Origin: Thermoguttaceae bacterium
GTDB lineage: Bacteria; Planctomycetota; Planctomycetia; Pirellulales; Thermoguttaceae
Direction: 5' to 3'
Length of the DNA: 45,965 nucleotides
Assembly (NCBI GenBank): GCA_051649005.1
Contig: JBOFGF010000234.1
Location: 1 to 45,965, forward strand
The notes under the pieces were generated by a model. That model did no database searches. It was not told where the DNA came from and saw nothing but the letters and a program-made list of their open reading frames with translations. Positions 35,068 to 42,609 of this stretch are shown one piece after another (within the stretch, counting starts at the first letter, position 1; each line of letters begins with the position of its first letter). Made by a program: the position numbers and the translations under genes.

Positions 35068-36366
35068 ATGCCACACAAAAATGATATTGCCACACTCGAA
35101 GTCGGAAATAAAAAAATAGAGTTGCCACTTCTGTTCGGCACTGAAGGTGACATCGCTGTTGATATTTCTAAATTATATGACGAGCATGGAATTTCAACAT
35201 ACGACCCGTCACTCGGAAGTACGAGTGCGTGTCGCAGCACGATCACTTACATCGACGGCGACAAAGGAATTTTGCGTTATCGCGGCATTCCCATCGAACA
35301 ATTTGATCGTCCACAGCCGAATTTCATCGAAGTTGCATGGCTTCTGATATTTGGATATCTCCCAACTCGCTCCGAAATCACGGAATTTCGTGAACGTCTG
35401 ACCGAAAACGAATTATTGCACGAAGGACTGCGCAGCCAATTTGAGAACTTGCCACCAAAATCGCCGCCGATGGCGATTCTTTCTACTATGTTAAGTCAAA
35501 TGGCATGTTACTATGAAAAATTTCTGCCTCTTGGAGACGACGAACTTTTTGTCGAGGCGGCGGCACGACTGATCAGTAAAGCAAGGACAATTGCTGCGTA
35601 CTCATTTCGTCGCTCACAAGGTTTGCCATTTATTTATCCCGATCCTGCTCTGCGATATTGTGCCAATTTTCTTCACATGATGTTCTCGATTCCGTATCAA
35701 CAATACATCGTCAATGAGGAAATCGAAGATGCCATGAACCTCGTCCTTATTTTGCACGCTGATCATGAACAAAATTGCAGTACATCAACTGTTCGAGTCG
35801 TCGGTTCGGCAAAGGCAAATTTATTTGCCTCATGTGCAGCTGGTGTGAGCGCACTTTGGGGACCTTTGCACGGCGGTGCAAATGTCGAAGTCATGAAAAT
35901 GCTTGATGCGATTCATCAAGGTGGAATGAAGCCCGAAGATTGCATTGAAGCGGCAAAAGATAAGTCGAATCCCTTCAAACTTTTCGGTTTCGGCCATCGT
36001 GTTTACAAAAATTATGATCCACGCGCCAAAATGCTTCGGGCAGCCACTGACCGTGTGTTTGCCAGACTAAAAACGAACGATCCACTTCTCGATGTTGCTC
36101 GAAAGTTGGAAGAATTGGCACTGAAAGATTCGTATTTCGTGGATCGCAAATTGTATCCGAATGTAGATTTTTATAGTGGGATTCTTCTCCGTGCCATCGG
36201 CATTCCGACCAATATGTTCACCGTCATTTTTGCGATTGGACGTCTCCCTGGATGGATTGCACAGTGGAAGGAACAGCACGATAATCCGGCACAAAAAATT
36301 ATTCGACCGCGACAGCTTTATTCAGGAAATACGGTCACTGATTATACTCCAATTGATGAACGCTGA
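35068..36366 (+). CDS. gltA: Citrate synthase (type II)
   Basis: The ATG at 35068 is preceded by aaggaa. Motifs ILRYRGIPIEQ, LILHADHEQNCSTSTVR and the signature GFGHRVYKNYDPRA. Confidence 0.95.
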   Translation: MPHKNDIATLEVGNKKIELPLLFGTEGDIAVDISKLYDEHGISTYDPSLGSTSACRSTITYIDGDKGILRYRGIPIEQFDRPQPNFIEVAWLLIFGYLPTRSEITEFRERLTENELLHEGLRSQFENLPPKSPPMAILSTMLSQMACYYEKFLPLGDDELFVEAAARLISKARTIAAYSFRRSQGLPFIYPDPALRYCANFLHMMFSIPYQQYIVNEEIEDAMNLVLILHADHEQNCSTSTVRVVGSAKANLFASCAAGVSALWGPLHGGANVEVMKMLDAIHQGGMKPEDCIEAAKDKSNPFKLFGFGHRVYKNYDPRAKMLRAATDRVFARLKTNDPLLDVARKLEELALKDSYFVDRKLYPNVDFYSGILLRAIGIPTNMFTVIFAIGRLPGWIAQWKEQHDNPAQKIIRPRQLYSGNTVTDYTPIDER

Positions 36367-36504
36367 AATTTGATTTCCGCTTTTGATTACACGTTCTGCC
36401 GCCACAAAACACGGTTTTTGGTGGCACTTATTTTCTCGAAATCTCACTTGTTTCATCGCTGCTTCTGCCTTTTTTTAGCAGCGAGATTATCTCATTTATT
36501 GCAC

Positions 36505-37122
36505 ATGGAAGAACACGTTTTAGTCGTTCCCACTTCGCTTTTTCATCGCATTGGACTCTTTCAAGGATTTTGTTGTGATGTCGAAAAATATCGCAGTCAA
36601 CTTCTTGCTCCTGAATGTGTCCAATTTCTTCCACGCAGCCACGCAGAAAAAGACCCATCATTCAAACAATTGATCCCTTATTTGATATTCTGTCACTCAG
36701 ATTCAGAGGGAGTGGACCATCTTTTCCAATATGTTCGCGGCAAAAAAAGTGGTGAAAAGCGACTTGCCAGCAAACGAAGTATTGGTGTTGGTGGGCACAT
36801 TTCATCTGAAGATTTGCGTGAAAATGGAACCAATGCCGATCTTTATCGAGAAGGAATGGAACGAGAATTGCGAGAGGAAGTGCGAATTGGATCGCCCTTT
36901 CGTGAGTCGTGTATTGGACTGATTAACGACGACACCACTGAAGTCGGGTCTGTTCATTTAGGAATCGTTCATCGTTTTGATTTGACGCATCCAATCATGG
37001 AATCGAATGAGTCCGAACTGATCGAGTCTGGATTCGTTGCTGTTCCCAATCTTCTCAGCGACTTGACGAATTTCGAGTCGTGGTCAGCAATCTGCCTTCA
37101 ATCGCTCTGGAAAAACAGGTAA
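36505..37122 (+). CDS. NUDIX-family hydrolase
   Basis: ATG at 36505 (MEEHVLVV). NUDIX box GVGGHISSEDLRENGTNADLYREGMERELREEVRI. The track's start at 36370 adds a hydrophobic stretch with no support. Confidence 0.6.
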   Translation: MEEHVLVVPTSLFHRIGLFQGFCCDVEKYRSQLLAPECVQFLPRSHAEKDPSFKQLIPYLIFCHSDSEGVDHLFQYVRGKKSGEKRLASKRSIGVGGHISSEDLRENGTNADLYREGMERELREEVRIGSPFRESCIGLINDDTTEVGSVHLGIVHRFDLTHPIMESNESELIESGFVAVPNLLSDLTNFESWSAICLQSLWKNR

Positions 37123-37150
37123 AATAGCAGCCGGAGCGTTTCGAGCCGCA

Positions 37151-37231
37151 CGTTTAGCCCGCTTTCGTAGAAAGCGGTTGTTTTGTTTGGCGAGCCGCCG
37201 GCGTAAGTCGGCGGTTTTGTTTTGGCGGCTC
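37151..37231 (+). repeat. R1 (CCGC variant) + R2 hairpin + partial R2
   Basis: cgtttagcccgctttcgtagaaagcggttgttttg, then ggcgagccgccggcgtaagtcggcgg, then ttttgttttggcggctc. It starts 28 nt after the NUDIX stop. Confidence 0.8.
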
Positions 37232-37823
37232 TACTATGCTTTTGGAGCGTGCCATGAAGTGCTGAATTCCGAGAGTGGCTGGTTTTGAAAAAATTTTCGG
37301 GGCTATTGTCATCGATGGAAAAGCGTGCTATATTTAATCCATAATTTTGAAATATCGTCTGGTTGTATACTGGGCGAATAACTTTCGAGTACGACAACAA
37401 ACTACAAGAATCGCTTCGGCGGACGACTATTTTCTGCACTACGAACCGGGCAACCGGGTAGAAAATGATCGGTTGTTCACAAAGTTGCGTTGCTCCCGCT
37501 AAGGGAGCGTCGCGTGTGAACTTACGGACTGAATCGGCATTGTCCATTAGGCTAGCAATGCACCACTGTCGTAGGTGGGATGATTTCCGTTTCTTGTAGG
37601 CGTGCCGCTCCCGTTTTTGAGCGTTCTTGTTGCCGCCTCTCGAACAGTCGATGAATGCCTTCGATTTTCATGGCGTAATTGGAAAAATGAGAATGGATGG
37701 AAGTTTTTCTCGAAACTCCGTAAATTCTAACCTTTTACGCCCTTTTGACTATACCAACATTCCGCAATCTTGCGGTTAAACCCATTTTGTGAGGTCGTGA
37801 AGGACTTCATAGAGGAGTGTACG

Positions 37824-38342
37824 ATGCCGGGATTAGTGTTATTTGGATTTATTAGTGCGATGGACACCCTGATTGTCACATTTTTGCTTGCGCTTGCCCC
37901 ATTTTTGCTTGCGCTTGCCCCATTTTTGCTTGCGGTTGTCGCATTTTCGCTTTTTGAAGATTGGCTGCCGAGTGTGATGCGTTCGTTGGGGCAATTTACG
38001 AAGGGGGTGATGGAGAAAGGTATTCGGGGGCAAATTTCTGCGATGGCTTCCAAATGGTACAGTGCGTTTAATAAGAGGGTGACGGCGAAAGGTATTCGGG
38101 AGCAAATTTCCGCGATGGCTTCCAAATGGTACAGTGCGTTTAATAAGAGGGTGACGGCGACTAGGTTAAATTATGGATTGGTGAACCTTGCCGCACTGCT
38201 CTTCATTGGGGTCGTTGTTGCGTGGGTTATTGGAGGTTGTATTGATCGTCAAGAACGCCACGAAAACAATTTGCGGTACATAGAACTCATAGAACAGGTA
38301 GATAAAGGCCGACAGGCAGTAGAAAAAATGCGGCAAAAATAG
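37824..38342 (+). CDS. Two-TM hypothetical protein with in-frame tandem duplications
   Basis: The ATG at 37824 lies 6 nt after gaggag. FLLALAP x2 + FLLAVVA (21-nt units, 37881-37943). KGIR(G/E)QISAMASKWYSAFNKRVTA x2 (72-nt units, 38016-38159). A second TM helix (LVNLAALLFIGVVVAWVIGG) and a C-terminal charged helix. Confidence 0.5.
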   Translation: MPGLVLFGFISAMDTLIVTFLLALAPFLLALAPFLLAVVAFSLFEDWLPSVMRSLGQFTKGVMEKGIRGQISAMASKWYSAFNKRVTAKGIREQISAMASKWYSAFNKRVTATRLNYGLVNLAALLFIGVVVAWVIGGCIDRQERHENNLRYIELIEQVDKGRQAVEKMRQK

Positions 38343-38426
38343 GTTAGAAGCCATCGTATCGTTGCCAACACAACACACCGGGTAACTTTTACCCAAACTT
38401 AAAAACCTAACTTGAAAGGAAAAGTT

Positions 38427-39128
38427 ATGACCAAATCCAATGATAAAACTGTTTACCATTACACTTGCCCCCAAGGTGCATTTTCGATCCTTAGTAACAA
38501 AACTATCTGGTTTACCGAAGTCCAATATCTTAACGACAGACATGAACATGCAATTAACGATGATGGGAAACGTCGGTATGTCTTTTGCGCTTCCCGTAGT
38601 CGTGATAACCTTACAATGTGGAATTATTATGTTAAAAATGGAGACTATCGGGGCTATAATTTAGGAATAAATGTGGAGGCTTTCACTCGTTTGCTTAAAA
38701 GAGACATCGCTAATGAAAAGGGCGATATAACGTTAATCCCGGATGAAATAACGTATAGCGACGATGCTAAACGCGACGATGCTAAACGCGATGTATTTAG
38801 TAAACAAAAAGCGTTCGAGTGCGAGAATGAATATAGATTTGTTATCGAGGTTCCTTCAACATACAAGTTCCGTAAGCAGAGAGATCGAGCGTTGCAGCAG
38901 AGCGGTCTAACATTGAAACACAGAGTCAGCGCAAGTGGTATTATCGTACCCTACCTAGAATGGCATTTCAACTTAAAAACAAAACAAGAATTGTTTACAA
39001 CAATCACACTGGCTCCGATGATTGAAGAGGCATTAGCAACCGCCAGTTTTAAGCAATTTTTGCATAAAGACGTATACAATAATATTAGTATTGAACCATC
39101 GAGTCTCTGTATGAAAAATAGTTGGTAA
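38427..39128 (+). CDS. DUF2971 family protein
   Basis: ATG at 38427 after aaagga. VYHYTCPQGAFSILSNKTIWFTEVQYLNDRHE, YVFCASRSRDNLTMWNYY and FECENEYRFVIE match the DUF2971 pattern as I recall it. Confidence 0.6.
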   Translation: MTKSNDKTVYHYTCPQGAFSILSNKTIWFTEVQYLNDRHEHAINDDGKRRYVFCASRSRDNLTMWNYYVKNGDYRGYNLGINVEAFTRLLKRDIANEKGDITLIPDEITYSDDAKRDDAKRDVFSKQKAFECENEYRFVIEVPSTYKFRKQRDRALQQSGLTLKHRVSASGIIVPYLEWHFNLKTKQELFTTITLAPMIEEALATASFKQFLHKDVYNNISIEPSSLCMKNSW

Positions 39129-39259
39129 TCATCGGTGTTCTTTTCCTGCATAGTTCATCACCACTTTTCTATCACATTGACGATGGCGAATGCGTTGATT
39201 TCCTTCACCACGAAACGACTGGACAAGAGGTGGGCAATAATGGTTACCACCCAATAGCA

Positions 39260-39716
39260 GCCGGAAAGAAGGTGCGCAGCACCGTATTGACGGTAAAAAC
39301 ATGGTACAAACCGTCAATGCGCTCCCGATGGTCGGAGCGTTTCGAGCCGGTGCGTCAGCACCGGAATTTATTCGGCGGTGTATTTGGCGCGCCGCCGGCG
39401 TAAGTCGGCGGTTGTTTGGCGAGCCGCCAACGTAAGTTGGCGGGTGTTTCGTAAACGCTGCATTGCAATAACAAATCATCCTCAACATCGTAGATGTTGC
39501 AGAATGGTAGAAGCGTGAGCAATATCGTAACAAGAACCCCGTCGGGGTTCCCGAATGGTAGCAAAAGGCGTGATTGACCATTCGGAAGTCCCTGCGGGAC
39601 TGTTGCGTTTTTTTGACGTTTTTTGCCGAACAAACCCGCCAACTCACGTTGGCGGCTCGCCAAAAGAACCGCCGAACACACCGCCAAATAACCATCGACT
39701 TACGCTGGCGTTTCGC
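39260..39716. repeat. Composite near-palindromic repeat block
   Basis: Inverted pair of CCGTCAATGCG modules (39260-39340), CCGGTGCGTCAGCACCGG (39347-39364), two plus-oriented R2 hairpins (39386-39411, 39418-39443). Centre: caacatcgtagatgttg + cagaatggtagaag (39483-39515), gaaccccgtcggggttc + ccgaatggtagcaa (39534-39565), gtccctgcgggac (39588-39600). Then minus-oriented R2 (39636-39661, GTGA loop on the minus strand) and a degenerate one (about 39693-39716). Confidence 0.85.
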
Positions 39717-39794
39717 CGAACATGGACGCTGCCGATTGACATTCCTGTCTCGCTTCATAAAACTTGCCGACATTTATTTGTCGTGAATGATTTT

Positions 39795-40277
39795 CTAGTC
39801 ATCATAAGGAGAACGAAACGCGAGTCGTTGCTCTTCGATTTCATCGAACGTATACAAACGACCATTATTGATTCCAGGACAATGTTTTCCGGCCTTTTTC
39901 CATGTACTTTCCGAATGGATATTGATTTCCCAAAAAGGCCAAGTGCGACACTGAATTGGTCGCTCCTGATAAACTTTGCAGCCACGCAGTCGATCATGGA
40001 GCAGCACGCAGTCTCCATTTCCATATTCTTTGAGACTCTTTTCTCCTTTTTTCACCGTCCAAACAAATGTTTGCTCAAAGAGAAAGCGGTCTAATCCCAT
40101 TTTTTTTGCGATTTGTTCGATTTCTTCATCGGAAACCCAAACATATCCGGGGCCTCCGCCGCAGCATTGTCCGCACTGTTTGCACTCGAATTGAAGCCCC
40201 TTTTTATACCATTTCGAATCAGAATCCATGAATGTTAATATGAATTGTTTGAGGAATACAATCTGTTCCTTAGTCAT
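39795..40277 (-). CDS. YkgJ-family (UPF0153) cysteine-cluster protein
   Basis: 160 aa with the FECKQCGQCCGGGPGYVWV (CxxCxxCC) motif and downstream Cys residues. Its start overlaps the apbE stop by 8 nt. Confidence 0.75.
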   Translation of the reverse strand: MTKEQIVFLKQFILTFMDSDSKWYKKGLQFECKQCGQCCGGGPGYVWVSDEEIEQIAKKMGLDRFLFEQTFVWTVKKGEKSLKEYGNGDCVLLHDRLRGCKVYQERPIQCRTWPFWEINIHSESTWKKAGKHCPGINNGRLYTFDEIEEQRLAFRSPYDD

Positions 40278-41415
40278 TTGCAGTTGGAAAGGTATTTGAT
40301 GGCGACTCTCGAACTGATTGCGACTCAGTGGAGTTTGACCGCATCAAAAAGAGGACGGCGATCCCTTCTTGATTGGCCAATTCGATGCCCGCTTTTTCGC
40401 CCAAAACGAACATTGCAGTTGCCAGTGCATCCGCTCTTGTGCAACTTTTGTCCAGCACTGAGACGGCACCAATTTTCTCTTTCGGGACTTCTTCTGAGAG
40501 TTCAATTTTTTCGGTGGGAAGTCCGGTTCGTGGATCAATAATGTGCGAAAAGCGTTTTCCATCCAATTCATAATAGTTTAGATAGTCGCCGCTGGTGGCC
40601 ATACTTTGATTGTCGAGAAACAATTTTTTCTGAATTCCTGGCATGACATCTGGTGGAACGATCAGCGGTTTCTCGATTCCAATCACCCATTTTCCGCGGA
40701 GTCCTTTGGTTCCACGACATCTCACTTCGCCTCCTACTTCGATCATGTAGTTATGAAGTCCATGCTGTTCGAGCAAGTCGGCAACAGAATCGACCGCATA
40801 TCCTTTTGCAATTGCCGAAAGATCAATATGCAAATTCGGATGCGACTTTTTGAGAGCAGGGGGATTTTTTTGTACTGAAAGTTTATCAAATCCGACCGAT
40901 TCTTTGAGACTTGGAATCGTCGCCTCGATTTCAACAAGAGACGGCTTTTTTTTGTTGGGTCCAAATCCCCAAAGATCGACCAAAGGAGCGATGGTGACAT
41001 CAAATGCACCCGATGTCAACTGCGACACTTGGAGTGCGAGTTCGACGACTTCTGCTGTTTCAGGAGAGACCGGAAACCAATCTATCGAATCAGACGCATT
41101 AAATCGGCAAACATCGGAATCATCTCGATAAGTCGACATTTTGCTGTCAATGTTATCGAGACATTTTTGCACTTCTTGCTTGAATGTTGTTTGAAACTGT
41201 GTTTTTTTGGCCTCTGGGAAATCAAAGACTTTGACGGAATAATCAGTTCCCATTGTTCGTCCAGAAATTTCTTCGGACGAAAATGCCAATGGTTTTTGAG
41301 AAAAATAGTACCAAGTGCCGCCAATGATAATGGCAGCAATGATAATATATCGGAGTGGTTCCCAGGGAGAAGCATCTTTTGCCGATTGATGTTCGTTGGA
41401 TTTGTTTTCAGTCAT
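40270..41415 (-). CDS. apbE: FAD:protein FMN transferase (ApbE family), membrane-anchored
   Basis: ATG at 41415 (MTENKSNE), one TM helix, then GTDYSVKV, AIAKGYAVDSVADLL, MIEVGGEV, MATSGDY, SHIIDPRTGLP and CTRADALATAMFVLG. Confidence 0.85.
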   Translation of the reverse strand: MTENKSNEHQSAKDASPWEPLRYIIIAAIIIGGTWYYFSQKPLAFSSEEISGRTMGTDYSVKVFDFPEAKKTQFQTTFKQEVQKCLDNIDSKMSTYRDDSDVCRFNASDSIDWFPVSPETAEVVELALQVSQLTSGAFDVTIAPLVDLWGFGPNKKKPSLVEIEATIPSLKESVGFDKLSVQKNPPALKKSHPNLHIDLSAIAKGYAVDSVADLLEQHGLHNYMIEVGGEVRCRGTKGLRGKWVIGIEKPLIVPPDVMPGIQKKLFLDNQSMATSGDYLNYYELDGKRFSHIIDPRTGLPTEKIELSEEVPKEKIGAVSVLDKSCTRADALATAMFVLGEKAGIELANQEGIAVLFLMRSNSTESQSVRESPSNTFPTAND

Positions 41416-41481
41416 AATGATGACATGCTTTAGAAAAAACGGACAGTTTTTTGCCAGCCGCACACTGCCGCTGGACACAAA

Positions 41482-41949
41482 TTACCGAATGGCATCCTCG
41501 AATTCTTTGAGCGACTGACACGTTGCTGCGGCGACAGTTAGTTCCGTCAACCGGTCGTGGCAACTGATTTTATAGACGTTTTTTATAACTCGTTGTGGCA
41601 ACTGACCAAATCTTGCCTTCAAAACGGTAAGAATCGAAAGTATTTCCCCCTCGGCTTTCCCCTCGGCTTTGCCTCGTGCTTCGCCTCGTGCTTCGCCGCG
41701 TGCTTCGCCTTCTGCCTTTCCTTCCTCTCTGGCATATTGGAGACCCATGTGGTATTCCAGCTCCGCCAGTCGTCGACGACGCAAATAATCCTGCATCTTT
41801 GGATCAGACGAAAATCGCTGCAATTCGCTCCGCGCCTCCATCACCAAAGGATCATTTTCAACCAATTGAGACATCTCTTCTTCTCCTTTCTCGCCGCCAT
41901 AAGACCAAAAAAGCAACCAGTGACGTAAATCACTCGGCACATGGAACAA
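41482..41949 (-). pseudogene. C-terminal remnant of an Rpn/PD-(D/E)XK putative-transposase family gene with DUF4351-like tail
   Basis: DLRHWLLFW...DPLVMEARSELQRFSSDPKMQDYLRRRRLAELEYHMGLQYAREEGKAEGEARGEARGEARGKAEGKAEGEILSILTVLKARFGQLP...CQSLKEFEDAI matches only the C-terminal third of such proteins. The nuclease core is absent. Upstream of about 41950 the ORF reads through repeat modules. Confidence 0.5.
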
Positions 41950-42330
41950 TGCTTCGAGCCGGTGCGTAAGCAGCGGCATTTTTGTAGTTACCGGCATTTG
42001 TTCGGCGGGTTTGTTCGGCGGTTGTTTTGTTCGGCGAGCCGCCAACGTAAGTTGGCGGGTTTTGTTTTGGCGAGCCGCCGGCGTAAGTCGGCGGTTTTGT
42101 CGTCCCTGAACACCGGCGGTGTTCAATAATGGTAGAAACGAATTGCCCAAAAAACATACAATACAACTCCGTCGGAGTTGAATAATGGTCGCCGTTATTC
42201 AACCCCGAATGGGGTTCTGACGTTTTTGATGGAAGTTGCCGAACACACCGCCGACTTACGCCGGCGGCTCGCCAAAAAACCCGTCGAACAAATGCCGGTG
42301 CTGACGCACCGGCTCGATGTTTCGCTCCGC
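41950..42330. repeat. Composite foldback repeat block of about 380 nt
   Basis: Left arm: GAGCCGGTGCGTAAGCAGCGG, then R2 hairpins (42033-42058, 42069-42094). Centre: gaacaccggcggtgttc + aataatggtagaaacgaattgccc (42108-42148), caactccgtcggagttg (42164-42180), aaccccgaatggggtt (42201-42216). Right arm is the inverted complement: R2 (42248-42273) and CCGGTGCTGACGCACCGG (42295-42312). Confidence 0.85.
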
Positions 42331-42526
42331 CATAAATTTTAACCTTTTATCCACTTTTGACAAGTTGATTTTGGTTTTGCTTCGAGTCCATTCGCTTATT
42401 TTACCATTAAAGTCGCCGTGTGGCAAGATGGTTTGATTTGCTTTTTGCTGCTTCGCTTTTGTCAGCAACACGAAAACTGTCTCGTTTCGGCAAAACGTGA
42501 CTAAACTTGTTATGCAAATGTCAATG

Positions 42527-42555
42527 TTGACGCAGACCGGTGAATCGCATAAAAT
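42527..42555 (+). promoter_or_regulatory. Candidate sigma-70 promoter
   Basis: TTGACG-N17-TAAAAT, about 55 nt upstream of the ATG at 42610. Confidence 0.4.
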
Positions 42556-42609
42556 GAAATCATACCAAGTTTCTCCATTTCACCAGACATTTTTCAGGCG
42601 AACCTTTTT

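Noticed and set aside
37727-38125. 132-aa minus-strand ORF overlapping the TM-repeat gene.
   Set aside because: The plus-strand frame has a strong SD (gaggag) 6 nt before its ATG, and TM helices. Both internal duplications are in-frame for it. The minus ORF merely reads the same repeats backwards.
42256-42471. 71-aa minus-strand ORF (GTG start) next to the foldback composite, considered as a small toxin- or antitoxin-like gene.
   Set aside because: Its C-terminal third is translated repeat (EPVRQHRHLFDGFFGEPPA). It has a non-ATG start, no SD and no recognisable fold.
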